From: Candidatus Limnocylindrales bacterium
Lineage (GTDB): Bacteria; Chloroflexota; Limnocylindria; Limnocylindrales; CSP1-4
Direction of reading: 5' to 3'
Length of the DNA: 64,000 nt
NCBI GenBank assembly: GCA_025450915.1
Contig: JANWLH010000039.1
Location: 12,719-76,718, forward strand
The notes under the pieces were generated by a model. It ran no database searches, had not been told where the DNA came from, and saw nothing but the letters and a program-made list of their open reading frames with translations. Shown piece by piece: positions 8,739 through 21,588 of the stretch (position 1 is the stretch's first letter; each line of letters starts with the position of its first letter). The translations under genes and the position numbers were made by a program.

Positions 8739-9085
8739 GTGAGAACCCCCTTGCGCCAGGCGTAGGCGAGGCCCAGCAGCAGGATGCCCACGAACAGCAG
8801 CATGCTCACGAAGCCCCCCAGCAGGACGCTCCGGAAGACGATCGCCCAGAGGTAGATGAAGATCACTTCGATGTCGAACGCCACGAACAGCAGGGCGTAG
8901 ATGTAGAACGACAGGCCGAATCGGCCGTGGGTGTCGCCGAACGTGTCGATCCCCGACTCATACGGCAGGCCCTTGTGGACGTCGCCACGGTTGCGGTGGG
9001 AGATCAGCCACGCCGCACCGATCGTGAGGAACACGAACGAGACACCGGCGACGCCGAACCCGACGATGTACCAGATCCCGGTCAA
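8729..9085 (-). CDS. nuoA: NADH-quinone oxidoreductase subunit A
   Basis: 118 aa, 3 TM helices, NuoA-like. First gene of the nuo operon, with 300 bp of intergenic sequence upstream. Confidence 0.85.
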   Translation of the reverse strand: MTGIWYIVGFGVAGVSFVFLTIGAAWLISHRNRGDVHKGLPYESGIDTFGDTHGRFGLSFYIYALLFVAFDIEVIFIYLWAIVFRSVLLGGFVSMLLFVGILLLGLAYAWRKGVLTWR

Positions 9086-9391
9086 GTGTTCCTCGCTGTG
9101 GCAGGTCGGGGGCTCCGCAGGCAGGCGGAGAGGGCGCGGTACCGCACGGGCATTCTACCGCGGAGCGCACGGGCAGGGTGCTCAAGGCTCCGGGCGTGCG
9201 CCGGCGCCGGTGGTCCGATGGGGGGAGAGGATCGAGGGATCAGCCGCGTCGAGCGCGCGTGCAGTTCGCGGCCGATCCCTCGTCGATGGCGCCGTGCCCA
9301 GCGCCGATGCAGAGAGTGCCTGCGGGCCGATTCCCCGGGCAATAGGGTGAATGCCCTAATCGCCCCCGTCCTCTCGCCCGCGGGCCACGGG

Positions 9392-10591
9392 CTACCGTGC
9401 GGGTTGGCTCCGGCCCAGGCCCATGAGCGGCGGTTGCGGATCGAGGCCGCGCCCGAGGAGGACCGCCCGGAACCCGCCCAGCGCGGCCGGATCCAGGAGC
9501 CGGGCAATCGCCGAGCGCAGGCCGAGCCACTCCTCCATCGACGTCTTCGGATTCGAGCGAACCCGGTCGACCAGCTCCTCGAGTCCGCAGCCCACCAGGA
9601 GCTCGGCCTGGCTCACCTCGCCGAGCACGGTGAGCTCGTGGGTCCGAGCGGCGGCCTCGAGCGCGGTCAGGTCGACGTGGGCCGTCAGGTCCTGGCGGCC
9701 GACCGCGATGAACGGGTCGGCGTGGGCGCGCTGGCCGGAGTACGCCCGCAACGTTCCGCCGCGCCGGGCCGGATCGTAGAGCGCCGGCGCCTGATGGCCG
9801 TAGTCGATGACCAGGACGAGGCCCTGCTCGAGGTCCGCCGCGACCCCGGCCAGCCAGGGTTCGACCTCGAGGCAGACCTCGCCGACCTGGCCGTCGAGCA
9901 GCGTGACGCCGTCCTCGTCGAGCCGGGCGGCCAGCGCATCGGTCGACGGTTCGCCGGGCTGCTCGACCAGCCTGCCGGCAGCGTCATCCCAGGCCACGAA
10001 CAGCTCCCGAAGCCGGCAGCCGTCCTGCTCGACACGATGGACGGGCAGGGCATCGAGGAACTCGTTGGCCAGGACGACGCCCGTGAACCGGCTCGGGCCG
10101 CCCGCCCGCCTGGTCCTGGCGGCCGGCCCGAGGCGTTCGACGGCCTCGGTGCGGCGCACCTCGTTGATCTCGACTGGCTCGTAGCGCAGCACGTCCCCGA
10201 GGCCCGAGTCGTCGGCGCGCAGGCCATCGAGGATCGCTGCGGCGAGCGTCCCGGATCCCGCACCGTACTCGCGCATGACGAACGGGTCGGGTCGCTCGAG
10301 GCGCCGCCAGACCTCGTCCACCTGCCGGCCGATCACTGCCCCGAAGATCGGATGGAGCTCCGGCGCCGTGAGGAAGTCGCCACTCCGGCTCGGCCGGTCG
10401 GCGGCCACCCGGTAGTAGCCGTGGTCGGGGTCATACAGCGCGATCGCCATGAACCGGGCGAACGTCAGCGGCCCGCTTGCAGCGATCTCGGCCCGGATGC
10501 GCTCGATGAGCACCGGCTCGCTGTCCGTTGCCAGGGGCCCGGCCGGCTCATCCCGGCGGAGCCCGGGCTCGAAGGGCTTCGGTCCGCTCAA
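9392..10591 (-). CDS. MidA/NDUFAF7-family (DUF185) class I SAM-dependent methyltransferase
   Basis: GDFLTAPELHPIFGAVIG...REYGAGSGTLAAAIL matches the MidA/NDUFAF7 signature (GDFxTAPE + GxGxG SAM motif). Immediately upstream of nuoA on the same strand. Confidence 0.75.
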   Translation of the reverse strand: MSGPKPFEPGLRRDEPAGPLATDSEPVLIERIRAEIAASGPLTFARFMAIALYDPDHGYYRVAADRPSRSGDFLTAPELHPIFGAVIGRQVDEVWRRLERPDPFVMREYGAGSGTLAAAILDGLRADDSGLGDVLRYEPVEINEVRRTEAVERLGPAARTRRAGGPSRFTGVVLANEFLDALPVHRVEQDGCRLRELFVAWDDAAGRLVEQPGEPSTDALAARLDEDGVTLLDGQVGEVCLEVEPWLAGVAADLEQGLVLVIDYGHQAPALYDPARRGGTLRAYSGQRAHADPFIAVGRQDLTAHVDLTALEAAARTHELTVLGEVSQAELLVGCGLEELVDRVRSNPKTSMEEWLGLRSAIARLLDPAALGGFRAVLLGRGLDPQPPLMGLGRSQPAR

Positions 10592-10601
10592 GCGTTGCTG
10601 C

Positions 10602-11663
10602 TCAGGCAGTCGCGACGAGCCGGATCCCAGGTCCGACCAGGGAGTGGCCGCCGAGGAGGATCGGGATCGTCGCGCCGGCAGCCGACCGGGTCAGCGCGGC
10701 CAGCCAGGGATCGGCGATCGAGTCGGCCTGGAGCAGGTCCGAGCCGAACCGGTCCTCGGCCACCGGCCAGGTCGATTCGTCCGCTCCGAGACGATGGGCG
10801 AGGAGGACCCGGCTGTCGATCAAGGCCGCGTCGCCCAGCTCGGCCAGGCGGACGCCGAGCGCCGCCGGCCCGTCGGAGTCGAGGATCGAGCCCAGAACGG
10901 AACGTGGCGGCCGCTGGGGACGATCGGTAGGCAGGCGGACCGAGGCGTGCAGCCCGCGCTCCTCGACGAGCGCCCTCACGCGGCACCGGGCGAAGCCTTC
11001 GAGCCAGCTCAGCACGGCGGCCGATGTCCGGCCGGCGATCACGAGCTCGGCCGCCGCGTCGTCGAGGACCCGGCGGATCCCCGCGAGGCGCTCGATGACC
11101 GGGCCATCTTCGGGGTGGTCGCCGGGATCGATCGACGCCTCGCGCCGGCCGAGCAGGACGAGATCGAGGGGCGAATCGAGGTCCACGCCGAGACGCTGGC
11201 GTGCCCGCAGGTCGGCGACCGGGATTCCCGCCTGCTCCGACAGCCAGCGCGGCAGCACGTTGTCGGTCGCGAGGTCCGCCGGCACGGCCCGGAGCCAGCC
11301 GGCATCGGCGACCGCCAGGACATCGGACGAGAAGCGATTGTTCGTGACGGCCATCGGCCCGCCACCTCCGGCGCACGCCACGAACGCCCGCCGATCGACC
11401 AGGCCGGCCAGGGGGATGGCCCCGGAGCCGAGGAGGATCAGGCCGCCATCGGGAACGTCGGGCAGCGCCTGCGCGAGCCGGCTGCCGAACGGCAATCCGT
11501 CGGGCAGTCCCGCGACGATCCGCACGGTCGTGGCCCCGGCGCGCAGGAACCCGGTCTCGTGGACCCGCGCGAGCCGCTCCCTGGCGAGCGCAAGGCGGCG
11601 TTCGAGGATCCCGGACCCGGGGCCGGCCTGCGGGTGGAAGATGAGGACGGTGATCGGACGCAC
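10602..11663 (-). CDS. Hypothetical protein (function unknown)
   Basis: ~354-aa ORF with a GTG start at 11663 (VRPITVLIFHPQAGPGSG...). Codon usage is consistent with neighbours. No motif recognised. Confidence 0.45.
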   Translation of the reverse strand: MRPITVLIFHPQAGPGSGILERRLALARERLARVHETGFLRAGATTVRIVAGLPDGLPFGSRLAQALPDVPDGGLILLGSGAIPLAGLVDRRAFVACAGGGGPMAVTNNRFSSDVLAVADAGWLRAVPADLATDNVLPRWLSEQAGIPVADLRARQRLGVDLDSPLDLVLLGRREASIDPGDHPEDGPVIERLAGIRRVLDDAAAELVIAGRTSAAVLSWLEGFARCRVRALVEERGLHASVRLPTDRPQRPPRSVLGSILDSDGPAALGVRLAELGDAALIDSRVLLAHRLGADESTWPVAEDRFGSDLLQADSIADPWLAALTRSAAGATIPILLGGHSLVGPGIRLVATA

Positions 11664-11721
11664 GGACCGAGTGTATGGGGCCCGGCGGCCGGAGTCCTCG
11701 GAGCCATGTTCTGGAGGTCGG

Positions 11722-12358
11722 GTTGGCGCAGCGGCGGGTTCGGGCGTATGTGGGCCTGGGGGCCAACCTCGGTGAGGCGGCCGGGACCCTGGCCGCGGCG
11801 ATCCATGCCCTGGCGGCACTGCCGGATTCGCGTCTCGTAGCGGTCTCGCGGCTGTATGCCACCGATCCGGTCGGCGACACGGATCAGCCCGAGTTTCGCA
11901 ACGCCGCGGTCGCGCTCGATGTGCCGGCGGGACCCGATCTCGCCACGGGCGCAACGTTCCTGCTCGTCGCCCTCAAGGGCCTCGAGATCGCCTTCGGCCG
12001 CCAGGCGCGACGTCGCTGGGGGCCGCGCGAACTCGACCTCGACCTGCTCGTCTTCGGGCGGGCTCGGCTGGCGATCGATCGCCCCGCCGCGGCTCGCTCG
12101 CGGGACGCCGTCGTTGATCCGGCGAAAGCGAGTCGCCTGCTCGAGGTCCCGCACCCTTCGGCGGCCGAGCGCCTCTTCGTCCTGGCGCCGCTCGCCGACC
12201 TGGCCGAGGGCCTGATTCCGGCGGGCTGGCACGAGAGCGTTGCCAGTGCTCGCCGCCGTCGCGAGATCGCCGAGGGTCCGACCGCGGTCCGGCCGATCGC
12301 CGAGTGGGATCGCGTGGCCGGCGACTGGCGCCCGCTCGCGGAGCCAGCCTCGACCTAG
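11722..12358 (+). CDS. folK: 2-amino-4-hydroxy-6-hydroxymethyldihydropteridine pyrophosphokinase (HPPK)
   Basis: RAYVGLGANLG...SRLYATDPVGDTDQPEFRNAAVALD...RRWGPRELDLDLLVFG matches HPPK. The exact start (TTG 11722, GTG 11748, or ATG 11675) is uncertain. Confidence 0.8.
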
Positions 12359-12414
12359 AGACGGACGCGCTAGAGACGGACGCGCTACAGACGGACGCGC
12401 TACAGACGGACGCT
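12357..12414. repeat. 15-bp tandem repeat, ~3.9 copies (AGAGACGGACGCGCT / ACAGACGGACGCGCT)
   Basis: Direct reading of 12357–12414. The folK stop (12356–12358) and the glpX stop (12400–12402, minus strand) both fall inside the array. Confidence 0.9.
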
Positions 12415-13389
12415 TGGCGGCCGCGACCGGTCGAACATCTGGACCGTGTCGACGAAGCGGACATGCGCTTCGCGATAGGACATCACCAGTGAGTGGGTCC
12501 GGGCGCCGCCGCCGAAGAAGCGAACGCCGTCGAGGAGGTCGCCGCTGGTCACCCCAGTCGCCGCGAAGAGCAGGTTGTCGCCCGAGGCCAGGTCTGCGGT
12601 GAAGTAGACCCGGCTCTCGTCGTCGTCGTTGCCCATCTGCTTCGCCCGGACCCGCTCGTCGTCGTTGCGGAACCGGAAGCGGGCCTGGATCTCGCCACCG
12701 AGGCAGCGCAGCGCGGCCGCCGTGATCACGCCCTCCGGTGCCCCGCCGATGCCCATGACGGCGTGCACGCCGGTGCCCGAGACAGCGGTGCTGATCGCCG
12801 CCGAGAGGTCGCCGTCGGAGATCAGCTTGATCCGCGCCCCCGCGGCTCGAACCTCCGCGATCAGCTCATCGTGGCGGGGTCGCTCGAGGATGACGATCGT
12901 GATATCGGCGACCCGCCGGCCGAGTGCCTCGGCAATCAGGTGGCAGTTCTCGGTGGGCGACTTGCGAATGTCGACCTTGCCGGCCACGACCGGGCCGACG
13001 CACAGCTTCTCGAGGTACGTGTCCGGGGCATGGAGCAGGCCGCCGCGCTCGGCTGCGGCCAGGACGGTGATCGCGTTCGCCTGGCCGTGGGCCACGAGGT
13101 TCGTGCCCTCGAGCGGATCGACGGCGATGTCGATCGCGGTCGACGCTTCGCGGGCTTCGACGCCCTTTCGCCCGACCTCCTCGCCGATGTACAGCATCGG
13201 GGCCTCATCGCGCTCGCCCTCGCCGATGACGATCGTCCCGGCCATGTCGATCTCGTCCATCGTCCGGCGCATCGCCTCGACCGCGGCCCGGTCGGCGTCG
13301 TCCTTGGCGCCGCGGCCCATGTAGCGAGCCGATGCGATCGCCGCGGCCTCCGTGACCCGGACCATCTCCAGCGCAAGCAGCGGCTCCAT
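12400..13389 (-). CDS. glpX: Fructose-1,6-bisphosphatase class II (GlpX)
   Basis: 329 aa. ..[34 protein letters not shown].. are typical of GlpX. Confidence 0.9.
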   Translation of the reverse strand: MEPLLALEMVRVTEAAAIASARYMGRGAKDDADRAAVEAMRRTMDEIDMAGTIVIGEGERDEAPMLYIGEEVGRKGVEAREASTAIDIAVDPLEGTNLVAHGQANAITVLAAAERGGLLHAPDTYLEKLCVGPVVAGKVDIRKSPTENCHLIAEALGRRVADITIVILERPRHDELIAEVRAAGARIKLISDGDLSAAISTAVSGTGVHAVMGIGGAPEGVITAAALRCLGGEIQARFRFRNDDERVRAKQMGNDDDESRVYFTADLASGDNLLFAATGVTSGDLLDGVRFFGGGARTHSLVMSYREAHVRFVDTVQMFDRSRPPSVRL

Positions 13390-13400
13390 GCGGCAGTCCC

Positions 13401-14948
<1,548 letters not shown>

Positions 14949-15141
14949 CCGGGCATCCTCCGTCCAGCGTTCGCGGCTCTCGCGGGCGCCCCGATCCGCG
15001 ACCGCCCGGCGCTTCGGGGCGAATCAGGGTCGTCTGTCGGCAGGCGGTGCCGCACCTGCGGCCGAGTATAGCGTCCCGGCGTGGCATACTCGGGACCCTC
15101 GCCCGGCCTCCAGCCACGGTCCGACAAGGAGAATCCAACCG

Positions 15142-15609
15142 GTGACGCTGCTTCCCTGGGAATACATGTTCCAGTCGTTCAGCGCCTCGAACTTCCACGA
15201 CCTGTTCTACCCGATTGCGCTCGGCTCGCTGGTTCTGCTGATCGCCCTGTGCGTCCTGTATGCCGTCCGGACGCGAGCGCTGCGCCACCACCCGCCGTAC
15301 CTCGACCTGTACGAGTGGCTGCTATGGACGGGGATCATCGCCTTCGGGCTGCTCCTGATCTTCAGCATCTTCGTCTGGGACTTCATCTTCGTGCTGGCCA
15401 CGGTCATCACGTCGGCCGTGGTCTTCGTCTGGGTCCGCTTCGTCCGGTTCCCGCCGATCCTGGCGATGTACGAGCAGAAGCTCGCTCGCCAGCGCTACCT
15501 GAGCCGCCAGAAATACGCCCACCCCGAGGCGACGATCCGCACGAAGTCGAGCCGGCCGACGCGGGTGGTTCGGGCCGCTCCAGCCAAGCGGACGCGCAAG
15601 CGCCGCTAG
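15142..15609 (+). CDS. Small integral membrane protein (3 predicted TM helices, basic C-terminal tail)
   Basis: GTG start at 15142 follows an AAGGAGA Shine-Dalgarno. Hydrophobic segments LFYPIALGSLVLLIALCVLYAV, LLWTGIIAFGLLLIFSIFVW, FIFVLATVITSAVVFVWV. Confidence 0.55.
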   Translation: MTLLPWEYMFQSFSASNFHDLFYPIALGSLVLLIALCVLYAVRTRALRHHPPYLDLYEWLLWTGIIAFGLLLIFSIFVWDFIFVLATVITSAVVFVWVRFVRFPPILAMYEQKLARQRYLSRQKYAHPEATIRTKSSRPTRVVRAAPAKRTRKRR

Positions 15610-15615
15610 CGGGCG

Positions 15616-16100
15616 TGGAGATTCGACGGTTCGGGATCGGCCAGCGACGGCCCGACGGTCCCGCCGGAACGCACAACGTCGAGGCTGCGGTCATCGAATC
15701 AGGGCCGCGCGGCGTGGTCGCCGAGCTGGCCTTCGCGCGCCACGCGGCGATCGAGACGCACACCAATCCGAACACCGCCTGGTTCGTGGTCATCGAGGGC
15801 GGCGGCTTCGTGACAGTGGGTGCGGACCGGGCCCGGGTCTTCGCGGGCGAAGCCGTCCTGTGGCCGGCCGGGGTGCCCCACGGCGCATCGACCGAGCTGT
15901 CCGAGATGCGGGCGATCGTGGTCGAGTTCCCGGTCGCCGACCTTGCCCTGGGTCCCGGCGCGGCGATCCTGGATGCCGGCGTGCTGCCCTCGGCGCCCTC
16001 GGCTCGCTCGGAGGCCGCGAAGGTCGTTGCCCCGGCCGACGGGCACCTCGTTGATGAGCGGCCGGCGCCGTACGACCCCCGCCACGGCGAGCCGCGCTAG
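15616..16100 (+). CDS. Cupin-domain protein
   Basis: Cupin motifs ..AIETHTNPNTAWFVVIEGGG.. and ..GEAVLWPAGVPHGASTE... GTG start 6 nt after the upstream stop. Confidence 0.6.
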
Positions 16101-16170
16101 GCTGAACGGCCGCGTACGGGCTCGGGCTCCGTTGCGGCCCGACGCCCAGGAGCCGCCGATGCGGGACGTG

Positions 16171-16350
16171 CACCCAGTACAACAGAACCCCGTTTTCGAC
16201 CCGTTCCTTCGGCGGGGTGCCCTGCCCGCAGCATCGCATCCGGCGATTTCATGCCGCGCCACGCTCACGGCGGAATGATTCCTGCCGCCGAGGCGCGAGG
16301 CGACTGGGTCGAACCCCTGGAAATCGCCCGTTTGTTGTTCTGGGTACACG
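16171..16350. repeat. Imperfect long inverted repeat (arms ~16171–16203 and ~16305–16350) enclosing nested GC-rich stems; candidate structured element
   Basis: Arm 1 is CACCCAGTACAACAGAACCCCGTTTTCGACCC. The reverse complement of arm 2 is GTACCCAGAACAACAAACGGG...GGTTCGACCC, sharing ACCCAG, ACAACA, AAC and TTCGACCC blocks. Internal CTTCGGCGG / CCGCCGAGG pairing also present. Confidence 0.35.
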
Positions 16351-16612
16351 CATTGCCGTGATCGTGTTCGCCGCGGCCCGGGCATGGCCAGGGTCTGTCA
16401 GCCGTGGGGCCCCGGGAAGCGTGGGCACCGAGGGGATGGGATGGTGGCCGGTCGAGCGACGTGCGTCGCGACTCTCCTCGCCAACGTTGCCGGACCCCTC
16501 GACGACGAACAGACCACTCGCATGGCGGGCGGGCGCTCGTCCGCCGGAAGGCGCCAATCTCATCACCCGGCTGATGTCGCCGACGTTTGTGCCGGCCCAA
16601 GCTGGGCCGCAA

Positions 16613-16763
16613 TACCACGACTAACCTCAAGTCGACGGGTTGTGCGGGGCTCAGGCCCGGATCGGGACCAGGTGGCGCCGTCCTGGCCACTGGAATACCA
16701 CGACGATTCTTGGAACGAGGCGGAAAGGCGTTGGCAGCCGTCCGGCCAAGGTTAGTCGTGGTG
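16613..16763. repeat. MITE-like element, copy A (~151 bp) with perfect 13-bp terminal inverted repeats
   Basis: Left TIR ACCACGACTAACC at 16614–16626; right TIR GGTTAGTCGTGGT at 16750–16762. Internal TIR-like ACCACGACGATTC. Confidence 0.65.
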
Positions 16764-16804
16764 CGAGGCCAGGTCCAACGAGCGTCGCGTCTCGGACCCG
16801 GCGG

Positions 16805-16952
16805 TACCACGACTAACCTTATGCGGCGGGTTGAGCACGGCTCAGGACCCGAATCGGGACCCATGGGCCATCCTGGCCGCTGGAACACCACGACGATTCG
16901 TAGAACGAATCGTCGGGCGTCGCGAGCCGTCGGCCTAAGGTTAGTCGTGGTG
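16805..16952. repeat. MITE-like element, copy B (~148 bp), ~75–80% identical to copy A, same perfect TIRs
   Basis: Left TIR ACCACGACTAACC at 16806–16818; right TIR GGTTAGTCGTGGT at 16939–16951. Conserved cores GCTCAGGNCCGNATCGGGACC and TCCTGGCCNCTGGAANACCACGACGATTC. Internal hairpin ACGATTCG-TAGAA-CGAATCGT. Confidence 0.65.
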
Positions 16953-16986
16953 TCGGGGCGCCAGAGGGGTCGGGGCGCCAGAGGGG
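16952..16986. repeat. 17–18-bp direct repeat x2 (GTCGGGGCGCCAGAGGGG TCGGGGCGCCAGAGGGG)
   Basis: Direct reading, immediately 3' of MITE-like copy B. Confidence 0.8.
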
Positions 16987-17025
16987 CCGGGCCAGCGCCA
17001 GAATGGCGTCCGGAGCGCAGGACAG

Positions 17026-17699
17026 CTATGCCTCTACCGCCAGCTCTGCGACGAGCGCGCCGAGCTGGCCGAGGATCCGGGCGGTGGCGCCCCAGACGTG
17101 GAGGCCGTCGATCCGGTAGCCGCCGTAGCGCAACGGCCAGTCGCGAACCTGGCGCTCGACGATCTCGACCGGCGCGTCGGGCAGGAACGCGTCGAGGGGC
17201 GCCCAGATGATCCGGGCCACCTCCGACTCGAACGCCTGCAGCTCAGGCGAACGGCGGGCAATCCCGAGAACGGGCGTGATGCTGAAGCTGCTGACCGGAA
17301 TTCGAAGGGGATCGAGCCGGCCGATCACCTCGACCTCTGCTGCGGCCGGGTCCAGACCAACCTCCTCCTCCGCCTCGCGCAGGGCGGTCGCCTCGAGGTC
17401 GGCGTCCCCGGGCTCGACCTTCCCACCCGGGAACGAGACCTCGCCGCTGTGCATGCCCTCGTAGGTTGCCCGCTCGGTGAGGATGACGACTGCCGTGCCG
17501 TCAACGCTCGGGGCGACGAGCACGAGCACCGCGGCGGGCCGGTCGCCGGGCACAGCCTCGAGACGCAGCTCGCTCCGCGGTCGCCCGTCGGTGAAGACAG
17601 GCATCAGCACGACGGGGCCAGGGGGCAAGCGACCCCTGGCACCAACGGCCGTTCGATCCGGCAGCCGGGAGAGTCTCGCGGCCGCCTCGTCGAATTGCA

Positions 17700-17700
<1 letters not shown>
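17026..17700 (-). CDS. NUDIX hydrolase, CoA pyrophosphatase-like
   Basis: NUDIX box HSGEVSFPGGKVEPGDADLEATALREAEEEVGL. Start ATG overlaps the clpB stop (TGATG). Confidence 0.8.
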
Positions 17701-20468
<2,768 letters not shown>

Positions 20469-20480
20469 GGTTCGTTCTCG

Positions 20481-21569
20481 CTATGAGGTCGTGGCCCGCG
20501 GATCGGGCTGGTCGATGAGCTCGAGGAAGGCGACGCCGGCGGTCCGCGCCTCGTCGCTGAGGTTGGTCGGCAGGATCACCCGCACGGTGACCAGGAGGTC
20601 GCCGGTCGGCTTGACCCCGTCCTTGGGCTTGAGCCGGGGCATCCCCTGGCCGGTGAGCCGAAAGGTCCGGCCGTTCTGGGTGCTCGCCGGGATCTTGAGG
20701 AGGACCTTGCCCTTGAGCGTCTGAACGGGAACCTCCGCGCCCAGGAGCGCCTCGCGGAGGGTCAGCGGCAGGTCGCGGGTCAGGTCGGCGCCCTTGCGTC
20801 CGAAGGTCGGGTGCGGGCGGACCCGGGTCACGAGGTCGAGGTCACCGCCGTCGGCACCCTTGCCGCGCAGGCGGATCCGGCTGCCCGTCTCCACGCCGCG
20901 TGGGACCGCGACCTCGAGGCGCTTCCCGTCGACCTCGAGGAGCCGGCTCGTGCCATGGAACGCCTCTTCGAGACCGATCTCGACGTCAGCCTCGCTCGTC
21001 ACCTGGCCGGCGGCCGACCTCGCCCGGCCGGCCGGCTGGCCATGGCCCCCGCCGTCGACGTTCAGGCCGGCAAGGATGTCTTCGAAGCTGGCGCCACCCA
21101 CCGGTCGCGAGCCGCGTCCGCCGCTTGCAGGTGACGTCTCGGCCCCGGCGGCCGCCCCGAAGAACGTCCGGAAGAAGTCGCTGAAGCCACCGGCGTCACC
21201 GGCCGATCGAAACTCGTAGCGGACATTGCCGCCAGCGGCCCCCTGGCCGTAGCCGGCGAACGGGCCACCCGGCCCGAACGGATCGCCGCCGGCACTGCCA
21301 CGACCGCCCGACCGGCCCGGACGACCTGCGCCGGCCTGGGAAAGCTGCTCCCAGTTGGCCCCGAGCATGTCGTATTTCGAGCGCTTCTCGGGATCGGAGA
21401 GGACCTCGTTGGCCTCGTTGATCTCCTTGAACTTGGCCTCAGCGGCCTTGTCGCCGGGCTTCAGGTCCGGGTGGTGCTGGCGAGCGAGCTTGCGGAAGGC
21501 ACGCTTGACCTCCGCTGGGGAAGCGTCGCGCTTGATCCCCAGCGTCGCGTAGTAATCGCGATAGTCCAT
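20481..21569 (-). CDS. DnaJ-family co-chaperone without zinc-finger domain (CbpA-like)
   Basis: J-domain [40 protein letters not shown], a G/F-rich region, and C-terminal DnaJ substrate-binding domains. No CxxCxGxG repeats. ATG at 21567–21569. Confidence 0.85.
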   Translation of the reverse strand: MDYRDYYATLGIKRDASPAEVKRAFRKLARQHHPDLKPGDKAAEAKFKEINEANEVLSDPEKRSKYDMLGANWEQLSQAGAGRPGRSGGRGSAGGDPFGPGGPFAGYGQGAAGGNVRYEFRSAGDAGGFSDFFRTFFGAAAGAETSPASGGRGSRPVGGASFEDILAGLNVDGGGHGQPAGRARSAAGQVTSEADVEIGLEEAFHGTSRLLEVDGKRLEVAVPRGVETGSRIRLRGKGADGGDLDLVTRVRPHPTFGRKGADLTRDLPLTLREALLGAEVPVQTLKGKVLLKIPASTQNGRTFRLTGQGMPRLKPKDGVKPTGDLLVTVRVILPTNLSDEARTAGVAFLELIDQPDPRATTS

Positions 21570-21588
21570 GGGCGGCCTCGCTCGTTGC

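Noticed and set aside
8927-10930. 667-aa plus-strand ORF overlapping nuoA and the midA gene
   Set aside because: It is antisense to real genes, Arg/Gly/Pro-rich, and has no domain signature. It is a GC-frame artefact.
16217-16891. ORFs of 105–208 aa inside the 925-bp non-coding island
   Set aside because: They are Arg/Pro/Gly-dominated, overlap each other in several frames, have no start context, and cross the MITE-like repeats. They were treated as non-coding.
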